Below are positions 9,337 to 18,120 of a DNA stretch of 64,000 nucleotides, one piece after another. A program made the translations under genes and the position numbers. The number at the start of each line of letters is the position of its first letter. The first letter of the stretch is position 1. The DNA lies in contig CAZPUL010000002.1 in NCBI GenBank assembly GCA_964589735.1, forward strand, positions 8,176-72,175, written 5' to 3'. The notes beneath the pieces are model-generated. The model was not told the DNA's origin and made no database searches. It saw only the letters and a program-made list of their open reading frames with translations. This DNA is from an uncultured Verrucomicrobiota bacterium. Its GTDB lineage: Bacteria > Verrucomicrobiota > Verrucomicrobiia > Limisphaerales > JAEYXS01.

Positions 9337-10728
9337 ATGACACGCACGACCATTATCAATGTCGTGGGGCTGACGGAAGGTTTGCTGGGGCCGCATACGC
9401 CCAAGCTGAATGCCTTTCGCCAGCGGCATGTGTTACGTCATGTCATCCCGGCGTTCCCGGCCGTGACTTGTACGGCGCAGACGGATTACGTCACCGGCAA
9501 GACGCCGCATGAGCATGGCATCGTGGCGAATGGCTGGTACAGCCGCGAACTCGCCGAGGTCCAGTTCTGGAAGCAGTCCAACCACGTAGTGCAAGCCGCC
9601 AAGCTCTGGGATCATCTGCGCTCGGAGGTGCCCGGCTTCACCTGCGCGAAACTTTTCTGGTGGTATAACATGTATGCGAGCGTGGATTACTCCATCACGC
9701 CGCGCCCCATGTATCCCGCCGATGGCCGCAAGTTCTTCGACATCTACACCTGGCCTTATTCCATCCGCACGGAAATCAAGCAGGAGCTGGGGGAATTTCC
9801 TTTCGCGGGCTTCTGGGGGCCTGCCGCCGGTCTCGATTCACCGCAAGGCAAGGCCGATTGTGTCTCCCGCTGGATCGCTGAATCCGCCAAATGGACGGAG
9901 AAGAAGTATCAGCCTACGCTTAGTCTCGTTTACTTGCCGCATCTGGATTATAATCTTCAGCGCTTCGGCCCGAATGATCCACGCATCGCCCGCGACCTGA
10001 TGGAGATCGATGCCATTGTCGGCGATCTCCTTGCGTTCTACGAAGCCCGCCAGATCCGGCCTTTGATCGTTTCCGAGTATGGCATCACACCGGTGAGCAA
10101 GGCCATCCATCTCAACCGGCTGTTCCGCCAGCAGGGCTGGCTTACGGTGAAAGAGGAGCTGGGCCTAGAACTGCTTGATGCCGGTGCGAGCAAAGTCTTC
10201 GCCGTGGTCGACCATCAGGTCGCGCACATCTATGTGAATGACCATTCGCTTTTAAGCGCTGTGCGGACCTTGCTGGAAAAACAGGAGGGCATCGCCCATG
10301 TGCTGGATGAAGCGGGCAAGATCGCACAGGGCATCAACCATCCGCGCGCAGGCAACCTCGTCGCCGTGTCGGCTGAAGATGCATGGTTCACTTATTATTA
10401 CTGGCTGGACGACGCGAAAGCACCGGACTTTGCCCGCACGGTGGACATCCATCGCAAGCCCGGCTATGACCCGGTCGAACTGTTCCTCGATCCGCAAATC
10501 CCGGCGGCAAAGCTCAAGATCCTTTGGCGGCTCCTGCAAAAGAAACTCGGCTTCCGCATGCTGATGGATGTCATTCCGCTGGACGCCAGCCTGGTGAAAG
10601 GCTCGCACGGTTGCCGGCCGAAATCGAAAAAGGACTGGCCGGTGGTGATGGGGGCGACGACCACGACGGAGGAGGATTTGCCTTCCTCCGGCGTCTATGA
10701 GCTTATCCACAAATCCATCTTGAGCTAA
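9337..10728 (+). CDS. Alkaline phosphatase superfamily, nucleotide pyrophosphatase/phosphodiesterase (EboF-like)
   Basis: FPAVTCTAQTDYVTGKTPHEHGIVANGWY corresponds to the NPP nucleophile-Thr region. The LPHLDY and GSHG metal-site motifs are present. Confidence 0.85.
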   Translation: MTRTTIINVVGLTEGLLGPHTPKLNAFRQRHVLRHVIPAFPAVTCTAQTDYVTGKTPHEHGIVANGWYSRELAEVQFWKQSNHVVQAAKLWDHLRSEVPGFTCAKLFWWYNMYASVDYSITPRPMYPADGRKFFDIYTWPYSIRTEIKQELGEFPFAGFWGPAAGLDSPQGKADCVSRWIAESAKWTEKKYQPTLSLVYLPHLDYNLQRFGPNDPRIARDLMEIDAIVGDLLAFYEARQIRPLIVSEYGITPVSKAIHLNRLFRQQGWLTVKEELGLELLDAGASKVFAVVDHQVAHIYVNDHSLLSAVRTLLEKQEGIAHVLDEAGKIAQGINHPRAGNLVAVSAEDAWFTYYYWLDDAKAPDFARTVDIHRKPGYDPVELFLDPQIPAAKLKILWRLLQKKLGFRMLMDVIPLDASLVKGSHGCRPKSKKDWPVVMGATTTTEEDLPSSGVYELIHKSILS

Positions 10729-10734
10729 AAAGAA

Positions 10735-10758
10735 AACGGCGGCCCTGAGGCCGCCGTT
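10735..10758. terminator. Hairpin terminator between convergent genes
   Basis: AACGGCGGCC-ctga-GGCCGCCGTT forms a perfect 10-bp stem, with a T-run on the - strand side. Confidence 0.65.
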
Positions 10759-10780
10759 GCACAGTTATTAACTGCGGAGG

Positions 10781-11479
10781 TCATTCCTTCTTCGCCTTGG
10801 CGTGTTTCTCCAGTATCTCCGCCAGCGCCTTGGAAGTCTCCGTCGGTTCCACCTTCTTCTTGAAGAGGATCTCTTCCACGATGAGGTACTCGCCGTAATA
10901 ACGCATGTTATCCTTCTCGTTGGGGGAGACCGCGCCGCCCTTGATGGTGGCGCCACCGTAGAGACCTTTCGTATCCGAGTAGATGAGGACGGCCTGATCG
11001 TCTTCTCGGTACGTTTCACCTGCATCGGTGCTGGAATCACCTGCGGTGCCTTGCGCCTCGCCGCCAAATTCACCAGCGTGGTCGATCAAGGAACGCACGG
11101 CATTCGTGTTCATCAGCAGTATCACCATGAACGTCTGCTGCCCGCCCACCTGGAACCCGATGCTGCCTTCATTCGCATTATAGAAAGCGGGCGCACCCCA
11201 CTCTTTGGTCTTTTGATCGCGGACCATGGCCACACCGGCACCGCCCTGAAAGCCGAAGATGAAACCGGCCTTGGTGCGGTCCAGCAGTACGATGCCTTGG
11301 GCGTTCGACAGAATCTTGGCCGGGATGGCCTTGTCCGGCTTCGCCTGCATCGCCTCGAACTTCACCGTGAGCTTGCGGATACGGTCATCGAGTTCAGCTT
11401 TGCTCGCCGCCATGGCCGTGCTGGCCATCAAGCCGAAAACCGCCACACTCAGAATCAGCTTAGATAGGTTCGTTTTCAT
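10781..11479 (-). CDS. Secreted SYLF/Ysc84-like (DUF500) lipid-binding domain protein
   Basis: Signal peptide MKTNLSKLILSVAVFGLMASTAMA. The motifs GIVLL...KAGFIFGFQGGAGV and GLYGGATIKGG match. Confidence 0.8.
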   Translation of the reverse strand: MKTNLSKLILSVAVFGLMASTAMAASKAELDDRIRKLTVKFEAMQAKPDKAIPAKILSNAQGIVLLDRTKAGFIFGFQGGAGVAMVRDQKTKEWGAPAFYNANEGSIGFQVGGQQTFMVILLMNTNAVRSLIDHAGEFGGEAQGTAGDSSTDAGETYREDDQAVLIYSDTKGLYGGATIKGGAVSPNEKDNMRYYGEYLIVEEILFKKKVEPTETSKALAEILEKHAKAKKE

Positions 11480-11700
11480 ACGACTACTAAGTGCAGTCAT
11501 TGTGCCAACCCATGGAGAATGCATGAATGGCTGTAACTAATTGATTTAGAAGGAGTTGGTGTAATTGTCAGATTTGTAAAAAGCCTGACTAGAAACGAAA
11601 GTGTCATGCATTTTGCACGAACAGGCAAATCGAAGGACTTTGGGAAAGACTACCCCTTGAAGGAATGGCAGTCGCTGAATCTGGACAACTGGCCAAACGA

Positions 11701-12810
11701 TCAAATCGTCAGCATTCGCTCCCGCCCGCGCACGAACCATTTCGTGACCGCCCGCCCGTTTTCAATCACCACCACGGAACCATGCAGCGCCACCGTGGGG
11801 CAGATGTGGCGCGGAATGCCGTAGAGGCAATCGCCCACGGCGAACTCATTTGCTGCCGCTGTCTCAATCACCAAGTGTTCTTCGCTCTGGCTGATGGCGT
11901 TTGCGTCGGGCAACTGCGGAAAGAACACGCGCGGATGCGGGTTCTCGGCGGCGACCGCCTTGTGCCCGAGGTCCAGGCAGAGCCGGTTATCGCCCGGCTT
12001 GCTGATCACGCGCGTGAGCAAAACCGCTGCGACTTGGAATTCCAGATCCTTGAAGCGATTGCCGTAACCGAAATCCCAGAACACATACGTGCCCGGACTG
12101 CACTCGCGATCGGGATGCTGCGCATGGATCGGAAAGCTCGGCGTGCCGCCTGCCACCAAGCGAGGTAACGGCAAACCTTCCGCCTGCAACTTGGCACGCA
12201 AGGCCAGCACGGGAGCCATGCCCTCATCGCAAGCCTTCGTCCGCTCCGTGAGGGCTTCGATGTGCATATGTCCGTCATATGCGTGCAGTCCATCCGCCAC
12301 GATTCCCGGTGAATTCGCGATGGCCCGATACAGCACGGCCGCCCCTTCATCGGCCGGAACGCCCGTGCGATGCATCCCGCAATCGATATCCAGTAACACC
12401 GGAATCTTCACCCCCGCTTGCACCGCTGCCGTCGAGAGTGCTTTCAATGCGCCCGCATCATCCACAATCGTGCGGAAGGTCGTCTGCGGAAAACGGCGGA
12501 TGAGTTCGATGAATCGCGCCACATTGGGGCCAACCGGCTGATAGGAGAGCAACACATCCTTCATCCCATTCGCAGCCGCTAGCTCTGCTTCCGCAATAGT
12601 CGCCGCTTTGCACTGCGTCACTCCGGCGGCGACGTGCATCTGCACCATTTCACCGAGCTTGTGCGTCTTGATATGCGGCCGCAACCGCGCCTGTCCACCA
12701 GTCATCGCCAGCACACGTTCCAGGTTTGCCTTGGAACGCGCGGGATAAACCAAGAGCGAGGGCGAAGGGATCTCCGCCACGTTCTCCACGATGAACCAGT
12801 CCGTGCTCAT
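11701..12810 (-). CDS. D-TA family PLP enzyme (D-threonine aldolase / D-serine dehydratase-like, alanine racemase N-domain fold)
   Basis: PSLLVY.....NL and RPHIKTHK contain the PLP lysine. CKAATIAEAE matches. The C-terminal HxC.T region is present. Confidence 0.85.
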   Translation of the reverse strand: MSTDWFIVENVAEIPSPSLLVYPARSKANLERVLAMTGGQARLRPHIKTHKLGEMVQMHVAAGVTQCKAATIAEAELAAANGMKDVLLSYQPVGPNVARFIELIRRFPQTTFRTIVDDAGALKALSTAAVQAGVKIPVLLDIDCGMHRTGVPADEGAAVLYRAIANSPGIVADGLHAYDGHMHIEALTERTKACDEGMAPVLALRAKLQAEGLPLPRLVAGGTPSFPIHAQHPDRECSPGTYVFWDFGYGNRFKDLEFQVAAVLLTRVISKPGDNRLCLDLGHKAVAAENPHPRVFFPQLPDANAISQSEEHLVIETAAANEFAVGDCLYGIPRHICPTVALHGSVVVIENGRAVTKWFVRGRERMLTI

Positions 12811-12812
12811 GC

Positions 12813-13277
12813 TTAATTGTGCAGTTCGAAAATGACCTCGATCTCCACCGCGATATTTCCAGGCAGGGAGCCCATGCCCACCGCGCTGCGCGCACCGACG
12901 CCATCATCCGATCCCCAGATCTGCTCGTAGAGTTCGCTGTAGCCATTGATGACTTTCGGATGCTCGGCAAAGTCCGGCGTGGCATTCACCATGCCGAGCG
13001 TTTTGATGACCCGCTTGATGCGGTCGAGTGAGCCCAGTTCCGCCTTCAAGGTGGCGAGGATGGCGAGACCGGTCTGGCGTGCGGCCACTTGCCCGGCGGC
13101 GAGGTCGAGGTCCTGTCCCACTTTGCCGCGGATCATGGAGCCGTCACTGCACAGCGGCCCGTGACCGGAGACATATGCGAGATTGCCCGTGATGACCACC
13201 GGTTTATAGATGCCGCCGCGCTTGGGTGCAGGTGGCAGTTCCAGTTTCAGTTCTTGGATACGTTTTTCAGCGCTCAT
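12813..13277 (-). CDS. RidA/YjgF family reactive-intermediate deaminase
   Basis: The motifs YVSGHGP, ARSAVGMGSLPGNIAVEIEVIFEL match. The stop lies 2 nt upstream of the D-TA gene start, so the two are likely an operon. Confidence 0.85.
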   Translation of the reverse strand: MSAEKRIQELKLELPPAPKRGGIYKPVVITGNLAYVSGHGPLCSDGSMIRGKVGQDLDLAAGQVAARQTGLAILATLKAELGSLDRIKRVIKTLGMVNATPDFAEHPKVINGYSELYEQIWGSDDGVGARSAVGMGSLPGNIAVEIEVIFELHN

Positions 13278-13424
13278 GTGTGGATGATTCGATTGCACTT
13301 TTGATACGTGAAGAGCTGCGGGCAGGCAATGGATTATCCACGAAGGAGAAAAACAACCCATTTGAGAATTTCCCCAGTTGCAGCGATAGTGCGCCGGGTA
13401 CGGGCTGTGCTGGCTGTTGAATGC

Positions 13425-14399
13425 ATGAAGAACCTTAAGATCTTTTGTGACACCTTTCTGGGGGAAGCGCCCTTGAAAATGCTGCGTGAAGGGGTGGCCC
13501 CGCACGAACTCGTCTTCCCCGCGCAGATGGTGAATTCACCACTGGCCAAGTCCGGTCCTGATCCGGCCTTTGCCGAAGCGGACATCGCCTTCGGACAGCC
13601 TGACTTGGCGAACATCTACCAAGCCAAGCGCTTGAAATGGGCGCACATCTCCAGTGCCGGATTCACGCGCTACGACACAGCGGAGTTCCGGGCTTTCGTG
13701 GCCAAGCACGATATCGCCATCACGAACAGTACCACTGTTTACGCGGAAGCCTGTGCCGAACATGTGTTCGCGTTCATGCTCGCGCAGGCGCGTCATTTGC
13801 CGGAATCCTTGCAAGCCCGGTATGCGAACGGCACGGCTGACTGGCTGCGCTTGCGTCATTCTTCACCGCTCCTGAAACATCAAAGGGTCGTCATCCTTGG
13901 CTTCGGGGGCATCGCGATCCGGTTGCTCGAGATGTTGCGGCCGTTTCACATGGACGTCGTCGCCTATCGTCGCAAAGCGCGTGGTGATGAAGGCATCCCG
14001 GTCATCACGGCGCGTGAATTACCCGATGCCCTGGCCCAGGCGGATCACGTGATCAACATCCTGCCGGCGAATGCTGATTCGGAAAATTTCGTGGCGGCGG
14101 AACGCTTGCGGCAAATGAAGCCGGGCGCGGTGTTTTACAACATCGGGCGCGGCACCACGGTGAATCAAGAAGACCTGGCGGCGGCCTTGCGCTCCGGGCA
14201 CTTGGGGGCGGCGTGGCTGGATGTCACCGAGCCGGAGCCTTTGCCGCTGGGGCATCCGCTGTTAAGTCTGCCGAATTGCTACATCACGCCGCATGTCGCG
14301 GGCGGACATCAGGGGGAAGCGGAGACGATTGTGGGTCACTTCCTGGAAAACTTCCGTCGGTTCGTGGACGAAGCCCCACTGCTGGACCGCATCATGTAG
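13425..14399 (+). CDS. D-isomer-specific 2-hydroxyacid dehydrogenase
   Basis: GFGGIAIRLLEML is the NAD-binding loop. The motifs NIGRG..V....L and AWLDVTEPEPLP....L....N...TPHVAG match. Confidence 0.85.
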   Translation: MKNLKIFCDTFLGEAPLKMLREGVAPHELVFPAQMVNSPLAKSGPDPAFAEADIAFGQPDLANIYQAKRLKWAHISSAGFTRYDTAEFRAFVAKHDIAITNSTTVYAEACAEHVFAFMLAQARHLPESLQARYANGTADWLRLRHSSPLLKHQRVVILGFGGIAIRLLEMLRPFHMDVVAYRRKARGDEGIPVITARELPDALAQADHVINILPANADSENFVAAERLRQMKPGAVFYNIGRGTTVNQEDLAAALRSGHLGAAWLDVTEPEPLPLGHPLLSLPNCYITPHVAGGHQGEAETIVGHFLENFRRFVDEAPLLDRIM

Positions 14400-14409
14400 C
14401 GGCGGCCGC

Positions 14410-15561
14410 TTACTTCTCCTTCAGCTCAAACGTCGCCACCATGCAGCGATGTTGCGAGCGCCGTCCCGGTTCTGCCTTGCAGGCGACGGGCTGCAATTGC
14501 TGGTTGGAGAAAACCTGGTCCAGCCGCAGCCAAGGGCCGAAGAGGGTGAGGGGATTGCGCGTGAAGCCGGGGAAGGTCAATCCGAAGCCGCGACCCGCTG
14601 CTTCAAACGCATCCGTGAACTGGTCGCGATAGCGGTGATAGATCTGGCCGTGATTGGGAACGTTGAAATCACCGGCGATGATGGTCGGAGCCGTTTCCTT
14701 CTTGGCCAGCTCCGCGATCTCGTCCGTCATTTTCCGCTGATGATCCCAAAAAGTTTTGGTCTGGCCGCGCAGCTTTTCGCCATAACCGCCGTTGCGCCCG
14801 AAGGCTGCGGCAAGGAAACCGCCCTTGCTCATCGGGTCCAAATGCTCGCGTGGAGAGGTGAAATGGACGCTGTAGATGACGAGGTCGCGGCCTTCCCAGT
14901 CCAGCACACAGCGCATGGCCACCGGGCGCTGGTTCAGGCCGCGTTGGGGTAGCAACTCGATGCTTTTGATAGGGAAGCGGGTGATGACCGTGAATTCGTT
15001 CACGGCCCGCACTTTCATTTCCGGATAGGCTTTAGCGTAAGCGCCTTCACGCCCGGCATCCTGGTAGATGACCACGTCCGGTTTCTCGCTGGCGACGAAT
15101 TCCGTGGGGCTTTGCTTGTTATCCTGGCCGCGATTGTTGGTGACGAGTTTGAAGCCGGGGCCTTTGGGCGCGCGCTGCCGGTTGAACTCCGGGTCCATGT
15201 AACCGAACAATACCAGCACCAGGCAGCCTGCATGCAGCAGACACCAGCGCGGCTGGATAAGCAGAGTCATGAATCCCAAAGCGAAGGCGGGCAGCAACCA
15301 CATCTGCGGCGGCACATAAAACGCAAAGCTGAGAAACCAGTGGGTCTCGGCCCGCCACTCCATAAGCGCCAGGATGACGACAAGGATCAGGGCATAAGCC
15401 AGATTCAAGGCCAGCAGCACGCGCCGGGTCCACTTCAAGAGCTTCTGGATGGTCCCGTTCGGGTTCCGCCAGTCCTTCAGCGCTTTGACCAGCCGTTCCA
15501 GCCCCGTGATCAGGGGCGGGTCATTGGCCGGTAGTGGCGTATTGGCGGCTGGCTGCGTCAT
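14410..15561 (-). CDS. Membrane-anchored endonuclease/exonuclease/phosphatase (EEP) family protein
   Basis: About four N-terminal TM helices. The C-terminal EEP motifs IAGDFN and LDQVF are present. Confidence 0.8.
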   Translation of the reverse strand: MTQPAANTPLPANDPPLITGLERLVKALKDWRNPNGTIQKLLKWTRRVLLALNLAYALILVVILALMEWRAETHWFLSFAFYVPPQMWLLPAFALGFMTLLIQPRWCLLHAGCLVLVLFGYMDPEFNRQRAPKGPGFKLVTNNRGQDNKQSPTEFVASEKPDVVIYQDAGREGAYAKAYPEMKVRAVNEFTVITRFPIKSIELLPQRGLNQRPVAMRCVLDWEGRDLVIYSVHFTSPREHLDPMSKGGFLAAAFGRNGGYGEKLRGQTKTFWDHQRKMTDEIAELAKKETAPTIIAGDFNVPNHGQIYHRYRDQFTDAFEAAGRGFGLTFPGFTRNPLTLFGPWLRLDQVFSNQQLQPVACKAEPGRRSQHRCMVATFELKEK

Positions 15562-15693
15562 CTGTCCCTTGTATTCTCAGGTTCGAGCTAGCAAGGACAA
15601 TGTTAAAAGCAGTCCTCAGCAGATGGCAGTCGGAGCTAAGGGAATAAGGTCGGCGTACGATAAGCTGCTAGGCACAACTGGTCTGCCAGTGAC

Positions 15694-16725
15694 CTATGTT
15701 CCGGTCTTGACCTTCAATTCTTCCAACTGCTTCTCCAGGTCGCGCATGCGGCGGATGATGTCCGGCAGTTGCTGGCTGGCGATGATCTGGCGCTTGGCAA
15801 TCTTGTCCGGCATAGCCGGGATGCCCAATACCTTGCCGCCGTCCGGGATGTCCCGCATCACACCGCTCTTGGCGCCGATGGTCGCCTGATTGCCGATGTT
15901 CAGATGGTCGGCGATGCCCGATTGCGCGGCGACCACACAGTAATCACCCATCTTCGTGCTGCCGGCGAACCCGACTTGTCCCGTGATGATGCAGTGTTTC
16001 CCGATGTTCACGTTGTGGGCCACGTGGACGAGGTTATCGATCTTGGTCCCCTGACCGATGACGGTGGAGCCCAGAGCGCCGCGGTCGATCGCCGTGTTCG
16101 CGCCGATCTCGACGTCGTCATGGATGATGACATTGCCGATCTGGAGGATCTTGCGATGACGGCCCTCATCCAGCACATAGCCGTAACCGTCAGAGCCGAT
16201 GACGGTGCCCGCGTGGATGGTGACGCGATTGCCCACCTGGCATTGCAGGTAGATGACCACATTCGGATAAAGCGTGGTGTCCTCGCCGACCTTGGCATCG
16301 CGGCCGATGTGATTGCCGCCCATGAGCACGGCGCGGGCACCGATCTTGGCACGGGCACCCACGGTGCAGTTCGGTCCGATGTGCGCAGCGGGGTCCACTT
16401 GCGCCGAGGCATCGATGACGGCACTGGGATGAACGCCTGGAGCGTATTGGTCGGGCGGGAAGAACAAAGGCAGCAAGCGCGCCACGGCGATGCGCGGATT
16501 CTTCACCCGGATGAGCGTTTTCTTCGTCGAGGCAAATCCTTCGGGCACCAAGATGGCCGCGGCCTGGCTAGCCTCAGCCACGGCGAAATAGGCTTCCTGA
16601 TCGGCAAAGGTCAGATCACCGGAGCGGGCCTGGTTGGCGGCGGCGAAACCGGTGATGGTCACCGCACCGTCGCCGAGGAGTTCACCCCGGACTTGTTCAG
16701 CGATCTGGGCGGCGGTAATGGGCAT
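15694..16725 (-). CDS. lpxD: UDP-3-O-acylglucosamine N-acyltransferase
   Basis: LpxD-type N-terminal domain (LTFADQEAY...), extended hexapeptide (LbH) repeats, and a C-terminal helical tail. Confidence 0.9.
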   Translation of the reverse strand: MPITAAQIAEQVRGELLGDGAVTITGFAAANQARSGDLTFADQEAYFAVAEASQAAAILVPEGFASTKKTLIRVKNPRIAVARLLPLFFPPDQYAPGVHPSAVIDASAQVDPAAHIGPNCTVGARAKIGARAVLMGGNHIGRDAKVGEDTTLYPNVVIYLQCQVGNRVTIHAGTVIGSDGYGYVLDEGRHRKILQIGNVIIHDDVEIGANTAIDRGALGSTVIGQGTKIDNLVHVAHNVNIGKHCIITGQVGFAGSTKMGDYCVVAAQSGIADHLNIGNQATIGAKSGVMRDIPDGGKVLGIPAMPDKIAKRQIIASQQLPDIIRRMRDLEKQLEELKVKTGT

Positions 16726-16781
16726 GCGTTGGCAGGGTTGAAGTTCGTGTTTTGCCCCTCATGCCATTCACGAGGGGGCTC

Positions 16782-17756
16782 CTATTTCTCCGGCAAAGGG
16801 ACCATCTGCTGGGCTTCCACATCCCAGACTTTCAGGCGCAGGCAGCGGATGATATCCGCCGGGTGCAAAGAGGTGACCTTGGGCTTCTGCAATTCCGGCA
16901 TCTCCTTCAGCACTTCGGGCAGCCGATAGAAAGGGATCTTGGAGTTGAGATGGTGGATGTGGTGGTAGCCGATGTTCGCCGAGAACCAGGCCATCAGCGT
17001 ACCCGTCTTCATGAAGCTGGAGGATTCCAGCGCGGCGGTCTCGTAGGTCCAGCCGGCGTTGTCGCGGAAGGTCACTCCGGGGAAATTATGCTGGGCGTAG
17101 AACAGGTAGCTGCCGATGCAACAGGCGATGCCGAACGGGATGATGATGGTCAGGACCACCGCCAGCCAGCCGCCGAGCAGGGCGACCACGGCGATCAAAG
17201 TGATGTGCAACACCAGCGAGATGAGGCAGTCGAAATGTTCACGCGGATTGTTGTAGAAGGGATAGATGCTCATGCCGATGAGGAACATGAACAGGTAACC
17301 GCACAGGATCGTGAGCGGATGCCGCATGAAGAGGTACTTCGCGCGCTTGGCCTTGGAACATTTCAGGAAATGCTCCTTGGTCATGATGGGGAAGGAGCCG
17401 ATGTGCGAGCCCTTCAGCTTGGAGTTGTGATTGTGATGATGGTTGTGCGAACTCCGCCAGACACTGCTGGGGCTGAGGATGAAAATGCCGAAGATACGCA
17501 TCAACCCTTCCGCCAGCTTGGAATTCGGCAAAATGGCGTGGTGCTGCTGATCGTGATAGATGACGAAAAACCGGAGGATCAGCAACGCGCTCAGGATGCT
17601 GCAAACGACCCGGCCGATAAGACTGTGGTTCCAGAGGGTCCCCGCCATGAAACCGACCAGCAAAATGCCCGTGGAAAGGATATACCACCAGCTTTTCGCC
17701 GGATCGTCGGTGGTGTATGGCTTGGTGGCCAATATTAAATCTTTACCAGTACGCAT
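16782..17756 (-). CDS. Membrane fatty acid desaturase
   Basis: Three His boxes are present: HDQQHH, HNHHHNH and HHIHHL. Multiple TM segments. Confidence 0.85.
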   Translation of the reverse strand: MRTGKDLILATKPYTTDDPAKSWWYILSTGILLVGFMAGTLWNHSLIGRVVCSILSALLILRFFVIYHDQQHHAILPNSKLAEGLMRIFGIFILSPSSVWRSSHNHHHNHNSKLKGSHIGSFPIMTKEHFLKCSKAKRAKYLFMRHPLTILCGYLFMFLIGMSIYPFYNNPREHFDCLISLVLHITLIAVVALLGGWLAVVLTIIIPFGIACCIGSYLFYAQHNFPGVTFRDNAGWTYETAALESSSFMKTGTLMAWFSANIGYHHIHHLNSKIPFYRLPEVLKEMPELQKPKVTSLHPADIIRCLRLKVWDVEAQQMVPLPEK

Positions 17757-17884
17757 GTGTCTTAAGCTCGCGCATGGTCGTCTAAAAAACACCTGATGTC
17801 CATTCCTGACTTTGCCGATATTGCTGCACTTTTGCTTAAAAATAACATTAGCCGGAGTGTTGTTGCCTGCGCGGAAGGGGGAAT

Positions 17885-18058
17885 TCAAGCCAAGGCGGCC
17901 TGCAAAGAACGCAGTTCTTCCGCGACTTGCGCCGGATCGGCGTCAGTCCCCGCGCCCTGAGCCATCAGGCAGGCGGGACACAGGCCAGCCAAGGCCCCGG
18001 CTGGGAGGGGCTTGCCGCAAGTCGGGCAGGTATTCGCTTCGCTCACTGAGGTTTTCAT
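17885..18058 (-). CDS. Small (57 aa) zinc-ribbon protein, below the 60-aa cutoff of the ORF track
   Basis: My own translation gives MKTSVSEANTCPTCGKPLPAGALAGLCPACLMAQGAGTDADPAQVAEELRSLQAALA. It has a CxxC-x12-CxxC ribbon, an ATG start and a TGA stop. Confidence 0.5.
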   Translation of the reverse strand: MKTSVSEANTCPTCGKPLPAGALAGLCPACLMAQGAGTDADPAQVAEELRSLQAALA

Positions 18059-18120
18059 ACGAAATTAATCGTTCTCTGAATACCTCAGAAGCGTTTTCTG
18101 GAAGTTGTTACAGAATAAAT

